A stretch of DNA of 64,000 nucleotides from Chrysomallon squamiferum (Eukaryota; Animalia; Mollusca), in contig CM022674.1 in NCBI GenBank assembly GCA_012295275.1, forward strand, positions 17,050,001 to 17,114,000. The letters run 5' to 3'. How positions within the stretch are numbered: position 1 is the first letter of the stretch; each line of letters starts with the position of its first letter. Below the pieces are notes generated by a model. That model was not told the DNA's origin. It did not search any database and saw only the letters and a list, made by a program, of their open reading frames with translations. Positions 1 to 21,822 of this stretch are shown here, piece by piece. Made by a program: the position numbers and the translations under genes.

Positions 1-505
1 GGTTAGGATTAGGGTTAGAGGTAGTTTTATTTAAACTGTATCATTAGTGTTATGACAATGTGCAAGATAATTTGTGGGATACGATTGGAAGTATCGTACG
101 AATTAATGGTGCGGACCTCTGTAGGAGTAGGTTTAGGAATTGAGCTAGGGATAGGGTTAAGTTTAGGGATAGATTTAGGGTTAGGATTAGAACTAGGATT
201 ATTAAAACTGTATCATTAATCTTCTGATTATGTGAAAAATAATTTCGGGGTCACGATTCGAATTAGCGTAAGGGTAAGAATTAATGTGGCGGATTTCCCT
301 TGGATCAAGTTTAGAAATTGAGCTAGGGTTAGAGTTAGAGCTAGGATTATTAAAATATTAACATTAATGTTCTTATAATGTGCAAAATAATTTGGGGTGA
401 GCATTGGAATTAGCGTAAGGGAAAGAATTAATGTTGCGAATTTCCAGGGGATTAAGTTAGAAACTGACCTAGATTAAGGATTAGGACTAGGTTAAGGTTA
501 GGGAT
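1..505. repeat. Degenerate ~150-180 bp tandem satellite (about 3 units) with telomere-like TTAGGG-variant tracts
   Basis: Units starting near 1, 179 and 327 share ggttag(g/a)attag...tatcatta...ataattt..ggg...gaattaatg...gaaattgagctaggg. The array runs off the window start. Confidence 0.7.
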
Positions 506-788
506 ACAGCATTTGCCACCATCTTTTTCTTTTTCTCTTATTTTCTTTTTTCTTTTTTATTTTTTTTTTTTTTTTTTTTAGCAAATAGCAAAATAACTTT
601 CTATCTGAAATCTACATTTTTCTTCTTTTATTTCAACACTAAATATCTGAAATCTACATTAGTGTTCTTGTATTTCAAACTAAATTAATTTTACGCTTAC
701 CGGATCTACCCATTTTTACACACGAGTCCAAAAAATATAGAAAACACTGTCCGTGTTATAATAATAATAATTATTATTATTATTATTG

Positions 789-833
<45 letters not shown>

Positions 834-861
834 AAACTACTACTACTACTACTACTAGTAC

Positions 862-898
<37 letters not shown>

Positions 899-1959
899 TT
901 AGACAGTTAACTGGCTCATTTACCTACAGAAAACCTAGCCTAAAAAGGCTTCGTAAAAAATAACACAGATAAATAAATGCAAATACCTGAAACTACTTTG
1001 TGTTACTTGTAAATACATAATAGACACTACATTTACTTGTACAGTTAAAATATAGCTCATACATATTCGACCAGAATTACTTAATTATATCTTTTATTGC
1101 AATGGAGCCTATATTTCCCACTTGGTTTAGTGCTGTATCAATTTAAAAATAAAAGAACTAAAGCAAAGTTATGGAATATATAAAAGGAAAAATAGCGAAG
1201 CGATATGATTTATTTTATTTAAACTCGATTGTGATTGTGTTATAGATTTAGAGACAAATTTAATATAAATTACCCGATTTATAAGTTAATTTGTTTTATT
1301 AATCATAATGTTTGTTATTATTGGTATTATTATTAGTATCATCATCATTATTATTTGTCAGTATTATTCTACTAATAATTTTTAACTCGTCAAGAACGAG
1401 AACTTTGCTATTACACCAAATGTGTCTGTGAGACTTACCTCCCTTATACGATGTTGAAGCCCTTAAACGTAGTAGTTTGATAAAAAAGAACCACAAAGTT
1501 TCAGAGATCGAAACCGCCTGCTTGAAGGTATTCCCCATTGCTGATAAATGAACACATTATTAATCAATTAATATATTAAGAATACTTCAGAAAATTTTTT
1601 TGTTTTATGATTCTATTGACCACACTATCTTATACAGATCAGGTACTATAATTATATAAACAGTGAGCGAATAACAACATTGGATGAAAGAAAGGACAAA
1701 AAGACAAATATAAAACGAACTTAATGAAATTAATGAAATGTCAGACACAATTTTCTTTCTAAACTATTGGTTTTATTATTATTCTGAATCCATATTTTTA
1801 CGATCATCATCATCATAATCATCATCATTATTATTTTATTACGGAACAGGTGAACTGTTCTTCTGATTTATTTTGCTGACTGATCTCACCAGACGATAAA
1901 ATCACGGCAAGAAAAATCTGCCCTGTTACACGCATATCTTATTATTATTATTATTATTA

Positions 1960-2065
<106 letters not shown>

Positions 2066-2146
2066 GCACTGGCTCATCATTTAAGGGAAACTAGAAGCTG
2101 TTTACAGTGAATATATCATTAAACGTATTATTTATTATATATAAAA

Positions 2147-2203
<57 letters not shown>

Positions 2204-2989
2204 CTTAAGAAAGAAAGGGCAAACAAAAAAGGAACACCATAAACCCCTTAGCTATCAGTATCGCTACGGTATATCGCTACAGTATATCGCTATAGTATAT
2301 AGCTAAAAGAGATATAAATACTCTCGTGTTAGGTTGATATGGTAGAATAGGTTTTAGTCCATGTAACGATAAACAATATAATCGTGACACATTCAGTTTT
2401 CTACAACGTTTAATAACTAGGACTACGCACTTCTGTATTTAATCTCTGTCCTTACAAATACCACTAGCAGCACAAGAACAAATCGTAAAAAATATTTTCA
2501 GTAAAATGTCTGCTGATATGGCTATGATCGAAATTGCAAGATTGCATACATTTATATCTTAGCTTTCATTGGTTAATATTTATTTATTTACTTACTTACT
2601 TACTTATTTACTTATTTATTTATTAGTTAGTTTCTAAGTTTGTTTCTTTGTGTGTTTATTATCATTATTGTTATTGTTATTATTACTATTTTTTCCTTTT
2701 TTTTTTTTTTTAATTTGGTGGCAAAATTATTTTATTTTTTAAATATCGATTGTCTATTTTATATTTAAAATGTTATTTTCAGGCATTTAAAAATGTATAA
2801 GAGAGAGATAGAATGCTTGGCAGATAAAATTTTACAAATAGTACACAAACTTACCAAAGTTTTGATAATTCAGTATTAAATGTATTTTAAAAAATAGAAA
2901 AACAGTCAGTGTTATATTTAATGATGAAAATACCACAACTGGTGAATATTTAAGAGAAATCACTGATTCACTGTTATATTTTATTTCAG

Positions 2990-5162
<2,173 letters not shown>

Positions 5163-5454
5163 GTAAGAGTACACATTTTATGACACTGTATACATACAAT
5201 TAAATAGCCTAAATACATTATGTATACTTCAACACATGTTTTATTTATTTATTTATCATCATCATTATCAACATATTTTTTTTATCCAATCTTAGTTAAT
5301 AAATAATTTATTATATATGATTTGTACTGCCTCAGATACAGGTGTTTAATCAGTATGTCATCCTTAAATAATAAAATGAATAAATGTCATGAATAAATGT
5401 TATGATTTTTTCAGGTTATTTATTGATACAGACTATTCCATAATCGCTTATTGT

Positions 5455-5920
5455 ACTAGGGCTTAGCTAGTATCAGTGATTTCTATATAAGAACAATAAT
5501 ACGGAGACACCCCGTGTTATTCAAGGTAAACGGCAGGTTATTAGTAATGCGCTCAACCTTGTCTTGTATAGTTTAATGCCTCCGCGTTATGGGACCTCAG
5601 TCTTTTGGGAGGGCACCCACAGATTCACGAGTCAGTATGACACAAAGAATTACATTACACAGGTGTGTGCGTCAGTAGTATATACAAAGAATTATATTAC
5701 ATGGGTGTTTGGGTCAGTAGGCTATATAAGTGAATACATTACAGGGTACAAAGGTCAGTAGTACGATATACAACGGATTATATTACATTGGTATATGGGT
5801 CGGTAGAGTAAATAAAGATTTATATTACAGCGTAGAAGATCTGAGCATATTTCTCAAAAACAATATTACAGTCAGGCAAAATACATTAAAGGAACACGTT
5901 GCATCATACTGTGTTACAGT
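5455..5920. repeat. Intronic element with ~40-bp internal subrepeats (gtcagta...tattaca); copies at ~22262-22750 and ~28184-28670
   Basis: Repeated gtcagtag/tatattaca motifs, more GC-rich than the flanks, present in all three PARP duplication units. Confidence 0.45.
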
Positions 5921-6778
5921 TATATTTTCATTACATTTTGAACTTCTTTGTTACGTGAGATTTTTGTTATAAGGCAATGTATAATTAATTATATTGCTGA
6001 CGTTAAATGGGTCGTGTATAGTTATATATAATAGTGGTGTACTGACCACGTAGAATTAAATCATATGGATTCAGGTGTCAGATATCTTGATATATGGTAT
6101 AATAAGAGGATGTAGGATCAATCCTTCTTATAGTACCCTTTGCATTATATTTCTTCTTAGCGATAGGATATGTGTGTATGCACACACACACACACACAGA
6201 CACACACACACACAAACTTATTGATATCTGAAACCCTCTTTTTTTTCTTTCGTACAATTATCATGTAGGCAACAGGATTGTTCGTAAATTTAGTTCTGTG
6301 AAAGATATCCATGCTTAAGAAAAGAAAAAGAATCTTTTTATTTGTATTTTATATTTCTCCTATTAGTATTGATTTATGTCTGTGAATTTCTACCACTGTA
6401 TTAAATCAAATGTTATTATAATTTTTATGATATATCTTAGATAGCAAAAAAGATATGTAACTTAACTGATCTAAAGGTTGATATATATCGATAAACAAAC
6501 CGATTAGAAAGAAATATACATAGATACGGACAGACAGACAGACAGATCAGTGGTTTAAATGCTTCGCTGTTATTATTTTTATTAGTATTATTTTATTATT
6601 TTTATTAGTATTAATAAAATAGTGTCTCATATGCATTCCTATTAACATATTGTATTGGCTTGATTACTCATAAACAATAAATAAAATTTATTTTACTTTT
6701 TGTTGCTTTATTTATTTAAAAATAATTCTTATCATTAGCATCATTGTTGTTGTTGTTGTTATATTTCTTTCAAATTAT

Positions 6779-7543
<765 letters not shown>

Positions 7544-8829
7544 CTGTAATAACAACAACAACGACAGTGATGATCATGCTAGTTTATGTATTCGTATGCT
7601 AAAAGAAGAAATGCATAATTCAGGAATAAAAGTATACAAATAAATGCATATATAAACATATAGACTCATTAACATATGAGCAAAACAATTCGTATTTTTC
7701 TAAATGTATTTGTATATAAGTAAACAAACAATTTGTATAATTCGTATTCATTCTTTATATTCATCTGAAAGAAATAGAAGCCGATCAGAATTGTTTATTC
7801 ATATAATAGTCATCAGGGATCATTTGAAATATGATTTGTTCATCTTTGAAAATTAATATTTACGCTTGCTGAAGGAGCAGAATCTGTCATATTTTCCCTT
7901 TGTTTTTGCCTCGTCTTGATTTCTTGTTTCTTTATGTCTTGCTTCAGGATCTGGTTTTAGCTAAACAATCTGATTTTATTTATTTTTTGCTGCATCTTTG
8001 TGTTTTTTTTGTTTGTTTTTTTATTATTCGGGGCGGTGTTTGTTTGGTTGTACTGTTTATTTGTTTTTTGATTTCGTCCTCTATTTATGTTTCGGTTATT
8101 TTGTTGATTTTATTGTCTTATTGTTCATATATTTTAGTAATATATATTTTTGAGTCTGTATCGTGTGGGCTGTATAAAATAAATAAAATAAAATAAATAA
8201 TTCCTTCTTTTCCAGGATTTCAATAATCGGTCTATCTATGAACTAATGTATCATCTATTCACACACCCATCTTCATATACTGAATCACAACGGTACATGT
8301 ACACACCTTTTGACTAAAGATATGTAGAGAGAGAGTGTTAAGTTAGAACATTAAACCAAGTGAATTATTTATTTCATACTCTTTGTTTGATATGATCGAA
8401 AATTCCAGTTACATCTACAAACTAATTTAATTTTGTTATTATTGTTTTCACACATATATTATTAGTTTTATTGTGTGTGTATGTATGTATGTATGTATCT
8501 GTTTATGTATGGAAATGTGTTTATTGCTTCGCTATGTATTAGGGCATATATATATATATATATACACATACACACACACACACACACACACTCATATACA
8601 TACATATTAATGTAACGTAATGTATCATTAGTATTAGCACTATATTATTTTTGTTATTGTTAATTTATTGTTATTACTGTTATTGTTCGTGTTGTTCTTG
8701 CTAGTGTTATAATTGTTATAAGGGAAAAATAATCAAAATTATATGTTTGTTAACCTATAGGAAAAAATATTTACACCGTGAGCATGAAAATCTATATGCA
8801 ACCTTCATATCTGGGCCGTACGATAAACG

Positions 8830-9106
8830 AAAGGCTATGTTATATCTCTATGCCACTACTATTACTGTGATATAATTATATTGTGAGTCAAATAATAAAA
8901 AAAGAAACAAGGATGAACATTTAATTTTTATAGAGGTAGAATAATAATCGTGAGAACTCAGCAAGAGCAAAGTGAAGCTCTTCTGTATCTACATATATAT
9001 TCACACATGTACATAGACATATATATTATATATACATACATATACATACATATACATACATACATATATATGCACGTATATGTAAATATATATGTACACA
9101 CATACA

Positions 9107-9155
<49 letters not shown>

Positions 9156-10260
9156 TGTTCTTGTTCTACTTTCTACACTGAATTCTGAGGAAACGTTCTT
9201 CATCCATGTCTGTGTTTGAAATTCATGCTGTCTATATTCTGAATAACTATATTTATTTTAAATTAGATTCACCTTCTCTCCATTATTCAATAATAATAAT
9301 AATAATAATTAAAAAAAACTATTCAAAAGTAAAAAATATTTTTTAATTCGCATTAGACCTTTTTAAAAGAAACAAATCAAAGACAATTTACAAATTAGTG
9401 AAAACATAATGAGTAAACAGTTTGTAATTTTCTTCCGTTGTCAGTGTTCAATCATGTCTGTACTGGGCACCCTATTCGAGTAAATTTAGAAATTAATTTC
9501 ACTGATAATAATTAAAAACATTTAATTGAAAATTAATAATCATCAAACATAATTATTATTAATAAGCATATATGATATACAAAATATAATAATAAATTAC
9601 ATTTAATTTAAAATGTAGAATAATTAAAACATCATAATTATTACCAATATGAAAATGTAAAACAATAATTATTATCAATATTATAATATAAAATGATCTT
9701 AATAATAACAAATTACATTTAGTTTAAAATGCACATAAATAGAGTAATTGTTATATCATAATTATTATCAATATGAAAATGTAAAACAATAATTATTGTA
9801 GCAAATTAGGAATAAGCTTAACACACTGAATGGCAGATAAATCAGTCAGGATTTCAATGGTAACCTGAAACCTTTGTGACCTTTGGTCCAATACAATGGA
9901 ATTCATCTGGTTTTATCACAGTTAAGTTATTTCCCATTCAGTGACAATTTTGACCTCACAGATGGAAGGGAAAACCCTATCTAATAACATATTATTAATA
10001 AGAAAAAATAAATGTTTTATTATTATTTTTTTTATGAATATGCAAATGCGAAATATTATAAATAAGCATATGTATTATTAGTAGTATAACAATATATTAT
10101 CAATTCTAATGTAAAAATGAAACAATAACTTAAATATGCAAATTAAAGTAATTATTATAATTATGTATTATGTATGGAGAAATGTAAAATATTTCTTTTA
10201 TCATATTTCTTTTTTAATATTCAAATGTAAAATATAAGAAATCATGAACGATAAATTGCT
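8830..10260 (+). repeat. Non-coding segmental duplicate of ~56290-57610 (also partly ~17290-17850)
   Basis: Shared blocks such as ttgtgagtcaaata and tgttcaatcatg.ctgtactgggcaccctattcgagtaaatttagaa at ~9445-9490 and ~56930-56980. Confidence 0.75.
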
Positions 10261-11197
10261 AATGAAAAATAGATAAATAAACAAACAAACAAACAGGCAA
10301 ATAAATAAATAATACTAGTAAATAAATAAATAAATAATAACAAATTATTTTATTTCCATTAAAGAGATAATACGAAATATTTTCAAATCTAGAGTCAAAA
10401 CTGGTAGAAATTTCAAATCATTTTACTTTCACAAAATACATTTTTATATAAGCAGTGAGGAATTATTTACAAACTGTTTATACAGTATACAACACATACT
10501 ATATGTTTTTTTACATAGAGTCACAAAAAACAAGCACGAATGAAGCTGGGATAAATCCTTATAATCAATACACAGTTATGTGGCAAAACTTTTAGATATC
10601 AGTAATAATTCATATTGTTTAAAATATTATTTTAAATTTATCTTTATCCAAAACACGAATAAATGTCTTATCAAATTCAAAAACTATTGTTTATCTAAAT
10701 CTGAATTGCTAGTACTTTCCAAAAACAACAATGATTAAGTCACATTTAACAACTGTTTTCAAAGACCATTGCTATCTTTACATTCAGGAACTGCTTCTAG
10801 ATTATAACTTATAAATTTACGTTCGGCAACTGCTTCAGAAATAGTTTATATATTCAAATTTTAAAAGTTTCTAAAGGTACGTTGTAAAATTAACATTTAA
10901 AAACCGTTTGCAAAGACATAACTTATAAATTTAAGTAATAAATAAAATACTTTCAAATAAACTAGCAAAACAAAATGAAATAAACAATTCAACCTTTTTT
11001 CTTTAAAATATATTGTTTGTTTGTTTCAGTATATAGACTATAAAACATCCTTTAAAATGGAATTTTCTTGTCTTTTTTTTAATATTTTATATCTCCAGTG
11101 ATCAAATCATATTCATTAGGCGAATACTACTGTCTCATTTCCAATGAGAAAGCACTTTTAGTTCAAAACAGAAGATGGTCGAATTTTTGTAACATGT

Positions 11198-13869
<2,672 letters not shown>

Positions 13870-14013
13870 CTATAACACAGAATATTATCACAGAATAAAT
13901 AGGCTTACAGACAAACGTACATACAAAGGAACAAAACAATACACTTTTTTATTATTTATCTTTGCAGTACATTTGATTTATATATATAAGTAAACAAATA
14001 AATCACAACTTAC

Positions 14014-14270
14014 CATACTATTCAGTTTGTGTCTCACTAACAAACGAAAGAGAATTCAACGTTTCGTTGTAAAGAGAAAATATGCCGTTGCCGCTGTTGT
14101 ACAGCCGACGTAGCTGGAACATTCGGTCACGCAGCACACTTTACTGGACACGTTCAATTCTTTTGAAGGATCTTCTGCAGGTTTCTTATCGTTGTAATGT
14201 GGTAACTTTCGAAAAGTCTTAAGAGTGCTAAGCTCGGAATTGGCAAAAGAAACAACGATTATCAGAAATA
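14014..14270 (-). pseudogene. Tandem duplicate of the PAN/apple exon with a 13-nt frameshifting deletion
   Basis: KTFRKLPHYNDKKPAEDPSKELNVSSKVCCVTECSSYVGC. Exon is 257 nt versus 270 nt for the paralog, with AG and GT boundaries retained. Confidence 0.8.
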
Positions 14271-15759
14271 CTAAAATATACAATGTTATTCTTTTTGATT
14301 CGTCTCTTTATCTCCATTTTACCAACGATTTAAGTGCTGAAATTTATTTATCTTCTGTTCAGAAATTAATTAATCCTATTGCATCAAGAAATTTTAATCG
14401 TTATTTCTCAGAGCCAAATAAACTATTATTTAGTTATACTGGTGTTTCCAAGCAATTTCATAGAGTCTGTTTATTGTGTTTATTTGCTGATTCCCAAACA
14501 GAGTCAACAATTAGCATCGAAGAACAGCTGATAAATATTTATGTTAATGTTTCCAGAGGTTTCAAAAATCTGACCAAAAGTATCTGTCAATTTTTTAAAG
14601 AACTGCTCCTAATACAGCCACACGTGTTAAATAGAATTAACTACAGTTTTTAGTAACCAATATCTTTCTGGTTACACAACCTTGTTACTGTAAAGTGTTT
14701 ACCACTTTACTCTCGCTGCCAGTCTAACAAGGTAAAACCCTGAAACACTTTAACCGTTTCACACAAGCTTCTGTTTTCTATGCAGAGCTTAAGTATTTGA
14801 TGCTACAGTGAATATGGTTAATGTATTTAATAATGTAGTACTTCTGCATATTCTTATTGATTTTTTCAATTTAATTGAATGAAATTTAAGACTACATGAA
14901 TGATGTATGCATTTACGTTTATTCGAATAACAGTCATCAGGGAAATGATCATTTGAAATATGATTTGTCCATCTTTGAATAATTAATTTGTGCACTTGCT
15001 AAACTAGCTTGTTTCTTCTTTCTGTCTGCTTTGCTTCTGTCTGAAATGCTTTGGGCGAAATGTTTTGTTGTTGTATCTGTTGCGGTTGTTTCTTCTTAAT
15101 TGTTTATTTTTTTATATTTATTTTTATTTTTATTTTTATTATTGTTCTCACTCTGTGTGTGTGCGTGTGTTTCTCACTGTGTGTGTGTATATATACATAT
15201 GTATGTATGTGTGTGTATGTATTATATATGTGTGTGTTGTGTTTGTGTGTGTTTGTGGGAGGGTTGTGTGGGATGTAAACAAATACACAATTCTTTTTTT
15301 TTCAAGCATTTCAGTAATCCCTGTTTCTGTCTATCCATCCACCAATGTATCCATCGATCTATCCACGCCACATTCATTGATTCGAACACACCGATTTTAG
15401 TATTAATGTTTTGAAACAGAGCATAGAGATTTATTATGTATTTATGTATGTGTGTGAGTGAGTTTATACAGTTAATGTATTCAGTAATTATAAATGTATA
15501 TGTGTGTGTGTGTGTATGTGTCTGTGTATGTATTTATGTTTGCATTATAATCTGAATGTATTTAGATTATTAACATATGTATGTGTTCGTGATGGATTGG
15601 TACATAGACAGATTTAAATATAAGTGTAGCTTAGATAGAAACGATTTCTTGAATGTTCAACACAATCACAGTAACACAAATTATCATCATTAAGTAATTT
15701 AATGTGATCTTTTTAACAATAATACTTATTGATGATTTACAGTATTCTTCTTCTTCTTG

Positions 15760-15795
<36 letters not shown>

Positions 15796-15929
15796 GTAGT
15801 AGTAGTAGTAGTAGTAGTAGTATATTATTATTGTTGTTATTTTTGTTTGTTTTACTGCTATTATATTGTTATCATTATTATCAATGTCATTATCATTATC
15901 GAAATCATCGTCATTTCGTTATTAAAAAC

Positions 15930-16760
15930 AATGGCAGAATATATTTAGGTACTAATGGGAAATGTTTCAGAATAATATTTAATATGTACGACGGTATAAA
16001 ATCAAAAATTGTACATAACTGCTTTGAATCAGAATATTTTCCTTGCTTTATTGGAATAAGGCGAGTGGAAAACTTCTCACCCGTTTTATTTTCATGATAT
16101 TTAAATGCTTTAAGAGATTGTTTTCCTACAGAAAACTGCAAAGGTATTAAAAATATTAATGCATATCTGAAGTTATATGCTGATGATACTCTACAATTTA
16201 GGAGAAGGAACAGAAAACTTATAACATTACGTGCAGTGTTTAAAGTTAAAGCTGCCATATGAAAAATTATTATTTTCTTTCCACAGGAAAATTGAAAACA
16301 AATTTATATATAAACATATGGAAATAGAAATTGTTGCTGAGGTTTATCAATCGACTGTCAGTTAGATTAGTTTCATACAATTATAAAACCAACATTGTTA
16401 TATGCACTGAAATCAGGTGGTTTTAATATTGCAATATAAGTGAAATATTTCATCTCAAGTTTTGCAAGTGTATATTATGTGTTAACAAGTCAACACCAAG
16501 CTGCATGGTATGAATGCTTCTATAATAGCTATATTAGATGAATGTGTTTATGTAGTATATATTCGTGTGTTCAAGTAATTGTTTTGTGCCAATTAAAAAT
16601 GGTAGAACTTCATTTAAAGTTAGTAATGTCAAGCTTCCTCTATAAACTGTTGATAGTTCAATATTGAAACACAGAAAATGTTACTCATGTAATTTTGATA
16701 TTGGTTATGAGTTTCCCTATGTTTTTAAGTGTAAAATTTAACTTTTCAGAGAAATAAATA
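15930..16760 (+). mobile_element. Degraded non-LTR retrotransposon (LINE) reverse transcriptase fragment
   Basis: GKCFRIIFNMYDGIKSK...SEYFPCFIGIRRVENFSPVLFS, then KLYADDT near 16170-16190. Paralogous to 51452-52480. Confidence 0.8.
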
Positions 16761-17859
16761 TATACCATATTATTGTACATTTACACCAAATATATACCAT
16801 ATTATTAAACATCTATAGCAAAAACAATGACATTTCAAAATTTATTTGCTACAACAAGCAAAAAAAGATCACTTTTGTATAAACTTTTCTGAATTTTGTC
16901 ATATTGTCATTGAGAAAGTCAGTCTTTCGGATTAAATAATAATTAAAAATATTACTACAGAAAATATTGTTTAAACTACGTTGTGTTTATATGTTCTCAA
17001 TACTGCACGGGGTAAATCATCAGAGAAATAAACATCTTTTGTCTTGTCATAATGTTTTACTTATGTGTTGACTTACTTATTCCGAGAATAAATAATTAAA
17101 TAAATAAATAAATACTCTAATTAATGGACATTCCACATTCATAAATATTTCAATTTCTACAGGAACCTGGAGTGTTCTATAAATTGATGAATAAAGCTGA
17201 TCTCACTAAGACAGATAATAAATACTGAGTATAAAAGTTATAAAACATGAACATATAAAAATACTGAATGAGAAAACAAATTAAATTATTTTTGAAATAC
17301 ACTGTCTACATTAGTTTCACTTTTTGTCCATTAGTCAATACTAAATACGAGTAACACTTGATTAAAAATTAAAAATATTTTTTATTCACAAAAATCATGA
17401 TTATTGACTAATTTACAGCAGACGTTTTAAAAAATGGTTAACAAACAAATCAAAGATAAAGTAAAATGATATTAATAATAACAAATTACTTTTAATTCAA
17501 AACGCACGTAAATAAACTGTTAAATTATAATTAGTGTCAATACGAAAATGTAAAACAATAAATATAATAACAAATTAGTAATAAGCTGAACAGTTACAAT
17601 GACTAATAAATCAGTCAAGATTTTAGGCTTAACCTGAAGCTATTGTGACTTTTGATCACACGCAAAGCCTGGATTTGATATAGCTTTACCACAATTCAGT
17701 TATTTCACATTCAATGAGAATATTGAAGTGAATTATAAAAGGAAAAAGCCTATCGTCCATATGTAACAGTCATTGTACTAATATATTGTTAATAAACAAA
17801 TACAGTGGGGGTTTTATGAATATGCAAATTAATGTAAGTATTTTAATAAAATATTATGT

Positions 17860-18059
17860 NNNNNNNNNNNNNNNNNNNNNNNNNNNNNNNNNNNNNNNNN
17901 NNNNNNNNNNNNNNNNNNNNNNNNNNNNNNNNNNNNNNNNNNNNNNNNNNNNNNNNNNNNNNNNNNNNNNNNNNNNNNNNNNNNNNNNNNNNNNNNNNNN
18001 NNNNNNNNNNNNNNNNNNNNNNNNNNNNNNNNNNNNNNNNNNNNNNNNNNNNNNNNNNN
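17860..18059. other. Assembly gap (200 N)
   Basis: Run of N. Confidence 0.99.
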
Positions 18060-18377
18060 GGTACTATAATTATATAAACAGTGAGCGAATAACAACATTG
18101 GATGAAAGAAAGGACAAAAAGTCAAATATAAAACGAACTTAATGAAATTAATGAAATGTCAGACACAATTTTCTTTCTAAACTATTGGTTTTATTATTAT
18201 TCTGAATCCATATTTTTACGATCATCATCATCATAATCATCATCATTATTATTTTATTACGGAACAGGTGAACTGTTCTTCTGATTTATTTTGCTGACTG
18301 ATCTCACCAGACGATAAAATCACGGCAAGAAAAATCTGCCCTGTTACACGCATATCTTATTATTATTATTATTATTA

Positions 18378-18462
<85 letters not shown>

Positions 18463-18555
18463 GCACTGGCACGGAAGAAATCGCTCATCATTTAAGGGAA
18501 ACTAGAAGCTGTTTACAGTGAATATATCATTAAACGTATTATTTATTATATATAA

Positions 18556-18624
<69 letters not shown>

Positions 18625-19403
18625 CTTAAGAAAGAAAGGGCAAACAAAAAAGGAACACCATAAACCCCTTAGCTATCAGTATCGCTACGGTATATCGCTA
18701 CAGTATATCGCTATAGTATATAGCTAAAGGAGATATAAATACTCTCGTGTTAGGTTGATATGGTAGAATAGGTTTTAGTCCATGTAACGATAAACAATAT
18801 AATCGTGAGACATTCAGTTTTCTACAACGTTTGATAACTAGAACTACGCACTCTGTCCTTACAAATACCACTAGCAGCACAAGAACAAATCGTAAAAAAT
18901 ATTTTCAGTAAAATGTCTGCTGAAATCGCTATGATCGAAATTGCAAGATTGCATACATTTATATCTTAGCTTTCATTGGTTAATATTTATTTATTTGCAT
19001 ACTTACTTACTTACATACTTATTTAATTATTTATTTAATTGTTAGTTTCTAAGTTTGTTTCTTTGTGCATTTATTATCATTATTTTTATTGTTATTATTA
19101 CTATTTTTTCCTTTTACTTTTTTATTAAGCAAGTGGCAAAATTATTTTATTGTTAAATATCGATTGTCTATTTTATATTTATAATGTTATTTTCAGGCAT
19201 TTAAAAATGTATAAGAGAGAGATAGAATGCTTGACAGATAAAATTTTACAAATAGTATACAAACTTACCAAAGTTTTGATAATTCAGTATTAAATGTATT
19301 TTAAAAAATAGAAAAACAGTTAGTGTTATATTTAATGATGAAAATACCAAAACTGGTGAAGATTTAAGAGAAATCACTGATTCACTGTTATATTTTATTT
19401 CAG

Positions 19404-21822
<2,419 letters not shown>

